NCBI GenBank assembly: GCA_040768125.1
Contig: JAXGNG010000002.1
Coordinates: 359,291 to 423,290, forward strand
Origin: Spirochaetota bacterium
GTDB taxonomy: Bacteria; Spirochaetota; UBA4802; UBA5550
Direction: 5' to 3'
Length of the DNA: 64,000 nucleotides
Under the pieces are notes generated by a model. That model saw only the letters and a program-made list of their open reading frames with translations. It made no database searches and was not told where the DNA came from. The position numbers and the translations under genes are program-made. Below are positions 10,119 to 19,629 of the stretch, in pieces. Position 1 is the stretch's first letter, and each line of letters begins with the position of its first letter.

Positions 10119-10718
10119 TCATCGCGCCCATATAATCCTGTCGAAATTCTTTACGCCCTGTCCCTGGAGAAAATCCTTCCATTTGACACTAACCGCCGTG
10201 CCCGTGAAATCCGCGTCCCTGAAATGGGCGTGGTAAGGCGAAACGTCCATATCCCGTCTCGGTGTGCCCCGGGCCACCAGGCTTTCTTCGGCAGGGGACT
10301 GCACAAGCAGGGCGCCCCGCATATCCGCCCCGCTCAGGTTGGCGTGGTAAAAGTAGGCGTTTACCAGGTTGGTGTCCCGGAGGAATGCCCCCCGGGCGTC
10401 GACATGACGGCAGTTGGCGCCGCGCAGGTCCGAACCGGAAAGGTCGGTCCCGCTCAGATCCGCCCCAAGCAGGTCGGCGTTAACAAGGACCGAGTTCTTC
10501 ATCCTGGCGAAACTTAGATTCGTCCCCACGAGCCTCGCCCTGGTGAGATTGATTTCTTCAAGGTTAAGGTTATAGAGATCGAATCCCGAGAAGTCAAGGC
10601 CCGCGAGCTTCTTGCTCATCAGGTATTTTCTGAAGAGGCGGCCACGGCAATCCGTTGCGAAAAGCATCGAGAAAATGGCGATAATAATGACGCATCGCCG
10701 CCACCAGGTGTTTTTCAT
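10119..10718 (-). CDS. pentapeptide-repeat protein with an N-terminal hydrophobic/signal segment
   Basis: Tandem A(D/N)LxG pentapeptides (ADLSGTDLSGSDLRGAN, ANLSGADMRGA). Start placed at MKNTWWRRCVIIIAIF; the ORF's 5' extension into the IS is rejected. Confidence 0.65.
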   Translation of the reverse strand: MKNTWWRRCVIIIAIFSMLFATDCRGRLFRKYLMSKKLAGLDFSGFDLYNLNLEEINLTRARLVGTNLSFARMKNSVLVNADLLGADLSGTDLSGSDLRGANCRHVDARGAFLRDTNLVNAYFYHANLSGADMRGALLVQSPAEESLVARGTPRRDMDVSPYHAHFRDADFTGTAVSVKWKDFLQGQGVKNFDRIIWAR

Positions 10719-10872
10719 CCGGCATGCGTGACGACTATCTGCCATGAGGCGGCCCTCCTCCAGCGCGGGCCAGCGCTCCGAAGGTCGATGAGAGGCGGTG
10801 GCCCTTTGAGAAAAGATACGCCGCTGGATGCTGCCGTCAAGACATTTCACGGGCTTCCCTGGCGAAGGCCTC

Positions 10873-11971
10873 AATTCAAGGATGAAGTGCAACATTAGGA
10901 ATCAGTAATAATAGTAGTCTCATGGGGGCTCTTCCCATAGGATTGAGTTTGACAGAACATAATCCGAGGAGGAACCACCCATGAGACTGTATTCACACAT
11001 AACGAAAGACGAGCGCCATGTCATCCAAAAAATGCTCTATTCTAGCGTATCAAAGATTGAATTGAGCAAATATCTGGGACGCGATCGATCTACCATTTAT
11101 CGAGAGCATACACGAAACAGGACAAAAGGCTATCATTATCAAGATGCACATGAACGTTATTGCGCCCGAAGGTATAGGCGTCGGAGAAAGCTCGATAGCA
11201 ATGGTGTGTTACGGCTTCTTGTATGCTCTTTGCTTATGGAGAGAAATTCCCCTGAAGTCACATCATATTATTTGAGGAGCCAGTTTCCCGGAGATCCTGA
11301 GATGCATATATCAACTGAAGCCATCTATCAATGGGTGTATGCGCAGCATGGGGAGTACCACAATATGTTATTGCTTAATTATCTGTTCACAAAGAGGAAT
11401 AAACGTCAGAAACGGTCCCTGATATATCAAAAAAGAGAACTTATTGCTGGGAAACGGAACATTTGTGAACGTCCGATAGAGGCTGATGAAAAGACTGTCG
11501 CCGGCCATTTGGAGGGTGATCTCATTACCAGTGCAGGGAATGATGCATATTTACTTACCCTGGTTGACCGCAAACTGGCGCATATCTGGGGTGTTCCAGT
11601 CCATTCCAAGGATGCGGAAATCGTATCCCGAGCTGTCGTGGAGGCACTGAACGATTTACCTGCCGGATTCGTTAAAACAATTACATTCGATAATGGTAGT
11701 GAATTCAGCTTATTTCAGAATATCGAAAAAGCATTGGAATGCAAGGTCTTCTTTGCCGATCCATATTGTTCATGGCAACGTGGGTTAAATGAGCATATCA
11801 ATGGACGCATCCGCCAGTATATCCCTAAGAAAAAAAGTTTTGCCCACTTGACCGATGATGATTTTGAGGATATCCTCTGTGCAATAAATTCGAGGCCCCG
11901 AAAATCCCGTGGGTGGCGTACCCCGAGATCGCTGTTGAATGAACTGATTTGTTGCACTTGAATGTTGAATT
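10873..11971 (+). mobile_element. IS30-family insertion sequence (~1.1 kb)
   Basis: Imperfect terminal inverted repeats, AATTCAA-N5-AAGTGCAACA at 10873–10894 and the reverse complement at 11950–11971. Single IS30 transposase ORF. Local GC falls to ~40% against ~60% in the flanks. Confidence 0.7.
10981..11961 (+). CDS. IS30-family DDE transposase
   Basis: IS30 hallmarks: HLEGDLI, TFDNGSEF and ADPYCSWQRGLNEHINGRIRQYIPKK. Confidence 0.9.
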   Translation: MRLYSHITKDERHVIQKMLYSSVSKIELSKYLGRDRSTIYREHTRNRTKGYHYQDAHERYCARRYRRRRKLDSNGVLRLLVCSLLMERNSPEVTSYYLRSQFPGDPEMHISTEAIYQWVYAQHGEYHNMLLLNYLFTKRNKRQKRSLIYQKRELIAGKRNICERPIEADEKTVAGHLEGDLITSAGNDAYLLTLVDRKLAHIWGVPVHSKDAEIVSRAVVEALNDLPAGFVKTITFDNGSEFSLFQNIEKALECKVFFADPYCSWQRGLNEHINGRIRQYIPKKKSFAHLTDDDFEDILCAINSRPRKSRGWRTPRSLLNELICCT

Positions 11972-12059
11972 CAGGAGGGAGGCTCGACGACAGGGTATTA
12001 TTTCCTTGACTTTTTCGGTGAGCGGATACACCAGTTTCGTGAGACCAAGGAGGCCGGTT

Positions 12060-12317
12060 ATGGAAGAGATCAAAGTCGGTACCGTGGTAAAATTCTTCGC
12101 CAAGCCGGGTGTTGCGGCAATCGAGGTGGCTGACGGCGAAGTGAAGGTGGGCGACACCCTTCATTTCCGGGGGCACAGCACTGACTTCAACCAGGTCATC
12201 GAATCAATGCAGGTGGAGCACGCCCAGGTGGACACGGCCAGGAAGGGGGATTCTATAGGAATCAAGGTGGCCGATCGCGTGCGTGAGCATGATGAAGTCT
12301 ATCTCGTGAAGGGGTGA
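12060..12317 (+). CDS. small (85 aa) hypothetical protein, possibly an EF-Tu-domain-2-like beta-barrel
   Basis: AAGGAGG ribosome-binding site 7 nt upstream. The sequence GTVVKFFAKPGVAAIEVADGEVKVGDTLHF resembles translation-factor beta-barrel domains. Confidence 0.45.
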   Translation: MEEIKVGTVVKFFAKPGVAAIEVADGEVKVGDTLHFRGHSTDFNQVIESMQVEHAQVDTARKGDSIGIKVADRVREHDEVYLVKG

Positions 12318-12497
12318 CGGCCCCCGTTTGCCTTGATGTTCCCTCAATCAATGAGTCCGGCATTTACCGGACCAGGGGTGAATTTTGCCTTTTCATGGAA
12401 AAAATGGTTGTAACCTCTTTTGTCGGGGTGTACGATAGGAGTTTCCGGATTGGAGGAGGAACGCCGTCCGGACCACCATACATGGAGGAGGTTCGTC

Positions 12498-12701
12498 ATG
12501 AACAGCGTGTACAAGGTCATCGAGATAATCGGAACCAGCACGACATCGTGGGAAGACGCGGCGAAAAAAGCCATAGAGGCCGCGTCCAAGACCCTGAAGG
12601 AAATCCGGGTCGCCGAAGTCAAGGAATTGGACATCAACGTCGAGGAAGGCAAGATGATATTCCGCGTGAAGCTGAGGCTTTCCTTTAAATTCGTTGACTG
12701 A
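12498..12701 (+). CDS. dodecin-family flavin-binding protein (67 aa)
   Basis: YKVIEIIGTSTTSWEDAAKKAIEAASKTLKEIRVAEVKELDINVEEGKMIFRVKL fits the dodecin fold pattern. GGAGG ribosome-binding site. Confidence 0.7.
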   Translation: MNSVYKVIEIIGTSTTSWEDAAKKAIEAASKTLKEIRVAEVKELDINVEEGKMIFRVKLRLSFKFVD

Positions 12702-12812
12702 CGCCCCTCCGGGGGGCGGGTGAAATAACAGCGGCACCGGCGGTGCGCCGGTTATCGGACGCCGCCTCTCTCCATTCGGGCGTTCCGCGGCGGCAACAGG
12801 TACAAGAACGTA

Positions 12813-13979
12813 ATGGTAAAAACAGGCCTCGATCGCCTTCTTGATCGAAACGACATCATCCGGAACCGACGCATCGGCCTTATCGCCAACCATACATCGG
12901 TAAATGCCGATCTGCATTACGGGTGGGACCTCATTCGGGAGACGGGAGCGGACCTGCGGATCATTTTTTCGCCCGAGCACGGGCTCTTCGGCGTCGAGCA
13001 GGACCAGGAGCCGGTGTCGAAGGTGCCCTCTTTTCCGGATCGCGTGCAAAGCCTTTACGGGGATTCCTCCGCCACCCTCGCGCCCAGGGAGGAACACCTG
13101 GAGGGTCTTGACGCCGTATTGTTTGACATCCAGGACGTGGGGAGCCGGTATTACACCTACGTCAACACCATGGTTTTCTTCATGAAGGCCCTCGACGGGC
13201 GCGGCGTTGAGTTCATGGTCCTTGACCGGCCAAATCCCCTGGGAGGCCTGAGCGTCGAAGGTCCGGGGTTGAAGGATGGCTATGAATCATTCGTGGGGGT
13301 TCTACCGGTTCCCGTACGGCACGGCCTCACCGCGGGTGAGATCGCCCGGCTGGCCCTCTCGCACTTCGACCTCGATCTCGAGCTATCCGTCATCGAGATG
13401 GAGGGATGGGATCGCGGGATGTTCTTTGACGAAACGGGCCTCCCCTGGGTACCGCCGTCGCCGAACATGCCGTCTCTGGATACCGCCCTGGTGTATCCCG
13501 GGTCCTGCCTCTTCGAGGGAACGACCGTGTCCGAGGGGAGGGGCACCACCACGCCTTTTCAGGTGATCGGCGCTCCCGGCGTGGTGCCGCATGAACTCGC
13601 GGCAGAACTGGACGGGCTTCCCCTCCCCGGGGCCCGTTTCCGCCCCCTCTGGTACCGACCCACATTCAACAAGCATTGCGGGAAGACCCTCGGGGGTGTA
13701 TTCATACACGTAACGGACAGGCAACTCTTCAGGCCCTTCGCGACCGGGGTCGCCCTCGTGACGGTTCTGCGGAAGTTGTGCCCGGGTTTCGAGTTCACGC
13801 GCGGGGTATATGAATTCAATTCTGAGCATCCCGCCTTTGACCTTCTCGCGGGAAGCGCGTCCATAAGGGAGATGATCGAGGGGGGTGAGGCGCTCGACAC
13901 GATACTCGATTCCTGGGCCGAAGAGGAGCGCGATGCCCTGGAGGCAGTGAGGGAATATTATATTTACGGTGAATCGTGA
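12813..13979 (+). CDS. DUF1343-family protein (NamZ-like exo-beta-N-acetylmuramidase)
   Basis: N-terminal RIGLIANHTSVNADL and overall DUF1343-like organisation; 388 aa. Confidence 0.65.
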   Translation: MVKTGLDRLLDRNDIIRNRRIGLIANHTSVNADLHYGWDLIRETGADLRIIFSPEHGLFGVEQDQEPVSKVPSFPDRVQSLYGDSSATLAPREEHLEGLDAVLFDIQDVGSRYYTYVNTMVFFMKALDGRGVEFMVLDRPNPLGGLSVEGPGLKDGYESFVGVLPVPVRHGLTAGEIARLALSHFDLDLELSVIEMEGWDRGMFFDETGLPWVPPSPNMPSLDTALVYPGSCLFEGTTVSEGRGTTTPFQVIGAPGVVPHELAAELDGLPLPGARFRPLWYRPTFNKHCGKTLGGVFIHVTDRQLFRPFATGVALVTVLRKLCPGFEFTRGVYEFNSEHPAFDLLAGSASIREMIEGGEALDTILDSWAEEERDALEAVREYYIYGES

Positions 13980-15442
13980 TGCCTCTTGACCCGGCCCTCG
14001 TCGTCATCGCCGCATACCTTGTCGGGGTCAACCTGATCGGCCTCGCGTGCACGCGGGCATCAACCCTCAACGAGTATTTCCTCGGGGGCAGGAATCTTCC
14101 CTGGCCCGTGGCCTGTTTTTCAATCGTCGCCACCGAGACGAGCTCCCTCACCTTCATTTCCATCCCGGGTCTCGCGTATATATCGAACCTGGGCTTTCTC
14201 CAGGTTGCACTCGGCTACATCATTGGCAGGGTCCTTGTCGCGGCGATCCTCCTCCCGAGGTATTTTTCCGGAAACCTGGAAACCGCCTATGAATTCATCC
14301 AGAACCGTTTCGGGCTCCTCTCTCGGCGCGTGATCGCCGTGGTCTTCCACGTCACGCGTCTTCTCGCCGACGCCATACGGCTATTCGCAACGGCGATCCC
14401 GCTATCCCTCCTCCTGGGCTTCGAGGGTTACTGGCAGGCGATCGTAATCGTCGGACTCGCGACATTCCTTTACACACTTTACGGCGGGATGAGGTCAGTA
14501 GCGGTAGTGGATTCGATCCAGCTTGTTATATACCTCGTGAGCGCCGTGGCGGGAATCATGGTCATCGCCCACAGCATGGGGATCACGGCGGGTTCGCTGT
14601 TGAGCCGCATACCATCTTCGGGGATGGTCCTGTTTTCCACGGGAATCAAGGAGGGCTGGCGCGGCATATTCGGCTCTTACAACATCTTCTCAGGGCTGAT
14701 CGGAGGCGCGATGCTTTCCTTCGCCTCCCACGGCACGGATCACCTTATCGTCCAGAGGGCCCTCTCCTGCAAAGACCTTTCCTCCGCGCGGAAGGCTATG
14801 ATCGGGAGCGGTGTGCTGGTGTTTTTCCAGTTCGCGATATTCATGATCCTGGGGCTCTGCATCCATGTCCTTCTCAGGGGGCAAACCTTCGATCTCCCCG
14901 ATACCATCATGCCCTTTTTCATCATCAATCACGTTCCCGCGTTCTTCAGGGGGCTCATGCTCGCGGGGATATTCGCCGCGGCGATGTCGACGATAAGCTC
15001 GTCGATAAACTCGATCTCTTCCTCCACGGCGCTTGATATTCTCATGCTCTCGCGGAAGGATCTTCCTGAGAAGCGGAAGGTCCTCGTGTCGCGGCTCATT
15101 TCCCTTGCGTGGACCCTGGTGCTCATGGCCCTCGCCATGGCGATGCGTAACACGAAGAGTCCCCTCGTGGAGCTGGGGCTGAGCATCGCCTCGATAACCT
15201 ACGGCGGGATGCTCGGGATTTTCATCCAGGGCGCGCTTTTCCGGCGGTTCGGCGAAGGGGCGGCCCTTTCGGGAGTAGTCCTCAGCATCGCCCTCGTGCT
15301 CGCGATATCAATCGTGACCCCCCTGTTCTGGCCGTGGTACGTTCCGGTAGGATTCCTGATAGCCTTCGGAACCGGTTCGGCGGTCCAACTGGTTCTGGGA
15401 AGGAAGAAGGACGGCGTCAGTCCTGGCTTCGGTCCTCAATGA
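13976..15442 (+). CDS. sodium:solute symporter (SSS family) transporter
   Basis: Multi-TM protein with the SSS signature region VACFSIVATETSSLTFISIPGLAY. GTG/ATG start overlaps the upstream stop. Confidence 0.85.
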   Translation: MMPLDPALVVIAAYLVGVNLIGLACTRASTLNEYFLGGRNLPWPVACFSIVATETSSLTFISIPGLAYISNLGFLQVALGYIIGRVLVAAILLPRYFSGNLETAYEFIQNRFGLLSRRVIAVVFHVTRLLADAIRLFATAIPLSLLLGFEGYWQAIVIVGLATFLYTLYGGMRSVAVVDSIQLVIYLVSAVAGIMVIAHSMGITAGSLLSRIPSSGMVLFSTGIKEGWRGIFGSYNIFSGLIGGAMLSFASHGTDHLIVQRALSCKDLSSARKAMIGSGVLVFFQFAIFMILGLCIHVLLRGQTFDLPDTIMPFFIINHVPAFFRGLMLAGIFAAAMSTISSSINSISSSTALDILMLSRKDLPEKRKVLVSRLISLAWTLVLMALAMAMRNTKSPLVELGLSIASITYGGMLGIFIQGALFRRFGEGAALSGVVLSIALVLAISIVTPLFWPWYVPVGFLIAFGTGSAVQLVLGRKKDGVSPGFGPQ

Positions 15443-16370
15443 TCTTCAGGGAGGGATGGGTGATACACATGTCGTTTTCGTAACGCGTGTCGAATAGTAT
15501 CAATATTTCCGTGCGGACGTTTTTCTTGATGATGAAGTAATACTCGCCGGCCAGTTTCCTCACCAGGTCGATCCCCCTGCCTGTTTCGGATATCAACGAG
15601 GTGACGTCCTCGTCTTCGGTTGACGCGCGGTCAAGAAGCACGTTCTGTTCGATAACCTTGTTGATGCTTTCCAGGATAGTCATCTTGGAAAGCTTGCCAC
15701 GGTAGTCGTCTATGGCGATGCCGTAGCGGTCGTCGGAGCGGGCGAAAAAGAGGTCGACCCACTGGCCCTCGGCGAGTTCGACCGGGATCCTCCGCTGTTT
15801 CTGGTCGGTATGGCCGTGGGAGTGGTAGACCGCGTTTATGGCCATCTCGTTCAGGATAAGGCTCAGGGTGATACGGTTCCGGATGGGCATGCCCCAGGCG
15901 GTGATTTCATCGATGATCATGTCGATGGCCTTCTTTATCTGCCGCGACGCCGTAATCCTGATTTTTTTTATATCGACAAGGCCGGGGAGGTAGTTTTCAA
16001 GGCCGAAGATCCGGTCCCCGGTAATAAGCTTGTCAGCGAGATTGAGAAGCTCGTCTTTTTTAATGGGTTTGCAGAGGACGTTGCCGATGCCTTCACGGAA
16101 GATGGCGTCGAAAAAGTCGTCCATGTTCTTGTCCGTCGTCATGATCGTGGGGATGTAGGGGAAATGCCGCGAGATGTAGTTGTAGAGATCGAAGGCGTTG
16201 TCGCCCGGGAGCTCGACCTCGGAAACGACCAGATCGAAGTCGAGGGCGTTGAGCTTCGCGACGGCGTCATATGCGGACTCGCAGAGCTCGACGCGGTAGC
16301 CGCTTTCATTGAAAACCCTTGCGATGGATTCCCTGAAGTCCGAATAATCAACAACAAGCACGTTATGCAT
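15417..16370 (-). CDS. response-regulator receiver domain fused to an RsbW/SpoIIAB-like GHKL serine-kinase domain
   Basis: N-terminal REC (VLVVDYSDF...DFDLVVSEVELPG...CKPI). C-terminal GHKL N-box (ILNEMAINAVYHSH) and G-box (ETGRGIDLVRKLAGEYY). Confidence 0.7.
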   Translation of the reverse strand: MHNVLVVDYSDFRESIARVFNESGYRVELCESAYDAVAKLNALDFDLVVSEVELPGDNAFDLYNYISRHFPYIPTIMTTDKNMDDFFDAIFREGIGNVLCKPIKKDELLNLADKLITGDRIFGLENYLPGLVDIKKIRITASRQIKKAIDMIIDEITAWGMPIRNRITLSLILNEMAINAVYHSHGHTDQKQRRIPVELAEGQWVDLFFARSDDRYGIAIDDYRGKLSKMTILESINKVIEQNVLLDRASTEDEDVTSLISETGRGIDLVRKLAGEYYFIIKKNVRTEILILFDTRYENDMCITHPSLKIIEDRSQD

Positions 16371-16578
16371 GATCTGCTCCGGTGCGAGGCCCTGTTCCCA
16401 ATTGAGCCGCGATGAGTATCGGTAGTACTGGACGGCGGTTATGGCAAGAAAAAAATTGTCGTGAAAAAGGTCCCGGGATGTCGAAAAATGTATTGAAAAT
16501 TCATCCCTTTAGTGCATAGAGTGATCGATGGACCCAGGCCTCCCGCGCGGGGGGCTTCGAAGCCAACTGGAGGACATA

Positions 16579-17274
16579 ATGAAAAAAGCATATATCGCAG
16601 CGGCATGTCTCCTCATCGCCATGGGCGTTTCAACCGCCCAGGAGCCAGCCGGAAAAACAAAGGAGGCCTCCCTGACCTCGGAAAGCCTTGACCAGGAGGG
16701 CAAGAAGCTTGATGAGCAGATATTCGATCTCAACAAGAAGATCGGGGAGATCATCGGCAATTATGAGCTCCTGAAGGCGGAAGGAATACGATGGGTCCCC
16801 TACCAGATGACCTATATCATGGGGAGTAATTATATCGAAATGGAGAAGCACAGCTTCACCAAGGAGGGTGTTTTCGGAAGGGACATCACGGGCCTCCAGA
16901 GCAGAAAGATCAAGATATACACCGACGGCAAAACAGTCTCGAAGATCGAGTCGGAGATTTATGAGCGGGATTACTATGGCGGCACTTCCAACATCGTCCG
17001 GATCGTCGATCCCTCGCCCATGGCCCAGGGAACAGATAATGTGACCTTCACGAACATCATCAACGGAAAGACGTACCTTGAGAACAAGCGTCTTGGAGAG
17101 ATCAAGAATACCACGGCCTTCCCGATTCGCAATGACATAAAGAGGGAGTTTTTCATACCACATCTCGTTTATTTCCGGAGCTCTATTCTTTTTATCGCCG
17201 AATCCTACATGAAGGGCCAGAAGGACTCGGAACATGGCATGCAAGAATTTCTCAAAAAGGCTAAGCAATTTTAA
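16579..17274 (+). CDS. secreted hypothetical protein (signal peptide)
   Basis: Signal peptide MKKAYIAAACLLIAMGVSTAQE and a GGAGGA ribosome-binding site; no recognisable domain. Confidence 0.55.
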   Translation: MKKAYIAAACLLIAMGVSTAQEPAGKTKEASLTSESLDQEGKKLDEQIFDLNKKIGEIIGNYELLKAEGIRWVPYQMTYIMGSNYIEMEKHSFTKEGVFGRDITGLQSRKIKIYTDGKTVSKIESEIYERDYYGGTSNIVRIVDPSPMAQGTDNVTFTNIINGKTYLENKRLGEIKNTTAFPIRNDIKREFFIPHLVYFRSSILFIAESYMKGQKDSEHGMQEFLKKAKQF

Positions 17275-17296
17275 TTGATTCACACAAGGGTGCTGG

Positions 17297-17320
17297 GGGC
17301 CGCCTTCGGGCGGCCTTTTG
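17297..17320 (+). terminator. Rho-independent terminator
   Basis: GGCCGCC–TTCG–GGCGGCC hairpin followed by TTTTG. Confidence 0.6.
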
Positions 17321-17514
17321 CGTTTCGATGGAAATCAACGAAAGAAAAGAATTTATTCTCTCCCCGGCGCTCAGTTCACGAGTACCCCGCGCGCGATAAA
17401 AGTGTTGACATCAGGGACGGCTGATTACGATGCTTTAAAATGTGACGGCAATCAATCGCCGCGAATCCCTTCGCGGGGTCCCGTCGACGTTAAAAATCAT
17501 TCCTGGAGCATACG

Positions 17515-18837
17515 ATGAAACTTGCGGTTATTGGCACGGGGTATGTCGGTCTGGTGACCGGCGCCTGCTTCGCGGATATGGGCAACGACGTGTGGTGCAT
17601 AGATATCGACAGCAAGAAGATCGAGGGCCTCAAGAAGGGTGTTCTTCCTATCTATGAGCCGGGCCTCGAAGAGATAGTGAAGATGAATTATTCCGAGGGC
17701 CGTCTTCGGTTCACCACGGACCTTCGCGAGGGCATCAGGGACGTGACCTTCGCCTTCATCGCGGTCGGTACCCCCTCGGATGAAGACGGCTCGGCTGACC
17801 TCCAGCACGTCATTAACGTGGCCAGGGAAATCGGCAAGACCATGGAGGGGTACCTGGTCATCATAGACAAGTCCACCGTGCCCGTTGGTACGGCGGAAAA
17901 GGTGCGCCAGGCGGTACGTGAAGAGCTTGACCGGGGGGGGCGCGGCGAGATTGAATTCGACGTGGTTTCAAACCCGGAGTTTCTCAAGGAGGGGAGCGCC
18001 GTAGAGGACTTTATAAGGCCCGACCGGGTCATCATCGGCGCGGATAACGCCCGCGCCGCGGACCTCATGCGGGAACTGTACTCGACCTTCGTGCGCAAGG
18101 GTGACAGGGTCATGGTCATGGACATTCCCTCGGCGGAGCTCACGAAATACGCCGCCAACGCGATGCTTGCGACCCGCATCAGCTTCATGAACGAGCTATC
18201 GAGTCTCTGTGAATTGACCGGCGCGGACATCGAGAGCGTGCGGAAGGGAATCGGCTCGGACAGCAGGATCGGCAACGCCTTTCTCTACGCGGGGATCGGA
18301 TACGGCGGCTCATGCTTTCCCAAGGACGTCAAGGCGCTCATCCACACGCTGAAGGACCACGGCTTCGGCGCGGAGATACTATCATCCGTTGAGAAGGTAA
18401 ACCGTCAGCAACGGATAAGCTTCCTCGATAAGATCACGCGGCACATGGGAGAGGACCTGAAGGGGGTCACCTTCGCTGTATGGGGACTCGCGTTCAAGCC
18501 CCAGACCGATGATATGCGCGAAGCTCCCGCGATCGACATCATCAACGGCCTGCGGGAACGGGGCGCCTCGATCCGGGCCTATGACCCGATCGCCGCGGAT
18601 ACCGCCCGCGACATCCTGGGGGACGAGCGCATCGAGTACTTGAAGAACAATTACGACGTCTTGCAAGGGGTTGACGCGCTTCTTCTTCTCACCGAATGGC
18701 ACCATTTCCGAAAGCCGGATTTTCAAAAGATGAAGTCGATGATGAAGAAGCCCGTGATTTTTGATGGAAGGAACCAGTACGAACCCGAGAAAATGAAGGA
18801 ACTGGGATTCACTTATTTTTCCATCGGCAGGAATTGA
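17515..18837 (+). CDS. ugd: UDP-glucose 6-dehydrogenase
   Basis: MKLAVIGTGYVGLVTGACFADMG Rossmann N-terminus, catalytic GGSCFPKDV motif, 440 aa. Confidence 0.9.
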   Translation: MKLAVIGTGYVGLVTGACFADMGNDVWCIDIDSKKIEGLKKGVLPIYEPGLEEIVKMNYSEGRLRFTTDLREGIRDVTFAFIAVGTPSDEDGSADLQHVINVAREIGKTMEGYLVIIDKSTVPVGTAEKVRQAVREELDRGGRGEIEFDVVSNPEFLKEGSAVEDFIRPDRVIIGADNARAADLMRELYSTFVRKGDRVMVMDIPSAELTKYAANAMLATRISFMNELSSLCELTGADIESVRKGIGSDSRIGNAFLYAGIGYGGSCFPKDVKALIHTLKDHGFGAEILSSVEKVNRQQRISFLDKITRHMGEDLKGVTFAVWGLAFKPQTDDMREAPAIDIINGLRERGASIRAYDPIAADTARDILGDERIEYLKNNYDVLQGVDALLLLTEWHHFRKPDFQKMKSMMKKPVIFDGRNQYEPEKMKELGFTYFSIGRN

Positions 18838-18849
18838 ACATGGCGGGTT

Positions 18850-19629
18850 CTAGCTGATGCCGAGGCCGAACACGCGCGACGCGTTTGCCGTGGTGTGCGC
18901 GGCTATCGCTTCAACGTGTTCGCCCAGGATGTCCGCTGCTCCACGGAGGTTGTAGAGGATGTTGCGCGGGTAGTTCACCTCGCCCTTCTTTTCCACCGGG
19001 GGAATATCCGGGCTGTCTGTCTCGAGAAGAAAATTTCCCGGGTAGATTTTTTTCAGGACCGCCGCCCGTTTTTTGCTGTTGCGGTAGGTCAGCACCCCAC
19101 CCATCGAAAAACTCAACCCGAGGCGCAAAAGCGCATCCGCGATTTCCTCGCTCCCTGAGAAGGAATGCACGATCCCCCCGGCCGGCGGGAGGCCGACTCT
19201 TTTCAGCGAGACAATCAGCTCGTTGAAGGCCCCGCGGCAGTGCATGATCACCGGGAGACCGGTCTCCCTCGCAACGGCGAGCTGCGCCTCGAAGAAACGC
19301 ACCTGGAGGGCGAAGTCGCCGCCTTCAATTTTCCTGTCCAGGCCGATTTCACCTATCGCCACGGCGCCCAGGCGTTTCGCCGCGGCAAGGGAGGGGAGCG
19401 CCTCCATGAAGGATTCTTCAATATACCAGGGATGGATGCCAATGGCGAATTCAACGTCGGGATACCGCGCGGCGATTGACCGGGACGTCTCCCACTGGGC
19501 GGGAACAATGGAAGAGGTGATGAGCCTGACAATTCCGGCCTCGCGCGCGTCCGATATGACCCCGTCCAGCTTTCCCGAGAAGCGGTCGCTTTCAAGGTGA
19601 CAGTGGGCGTCAACGAGCTTCACGGTCAC
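18850..19629 (-). CDS. tatD: TatD-family metal-dependent hydrolase/DNase
   Basis: [20 protein letters not shown] and HCRGAF motifs. Confidence 0.85.
   Translation of the reverse strand: MTVKLVDAHCHLESDRFSGKLDGVISDAREAGIVRLITSSIVPAQWETSRSIAARYPDVEFAIGIHPWYIEESFMEALPSLAAAKRLGAVAIGEIGLDRKIEGGDFALQVRFFEAQLAVARETGLPVIMHCRGAFNELIVSLKRVGLPPAGGIVHSFSGSEEIADALLRLGLSFSMGGVLTYRNSKKRAAVLKKIYPGNFLLETDSPDIPPVEKKGEVNYPRNILYNLRGAADILGEHVEAIAAHTTANASRVFGLGIS

Noticed and set aside
10719-10895. 5' extension of the pentapeptide-repeat ORF up to the IS30 boundary
   Set aside because: The extension lacks protein-like sequence and runs into the IS inverted repeat. The signal-peptide-containing start at 10718 is preferred.
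12318-12497. possible FMN riboswitch in the dodecin leader
   Set aside because: Only a short GGGGTGAATTTTGCC resemblance to the RFN core. The other conserved RFN segments (GGAT.AGT / GACAGT.AAGTCTGGATG) are not present.
12702-12760. GC hairpins after dodecin (CGCCCC-TCCG-GGGGCG and CACCGGCGGTG) as terminators
   Set aside because: No U-tract follows either hairpin, so the evidence for an intrinsic terminator is too weak to list.
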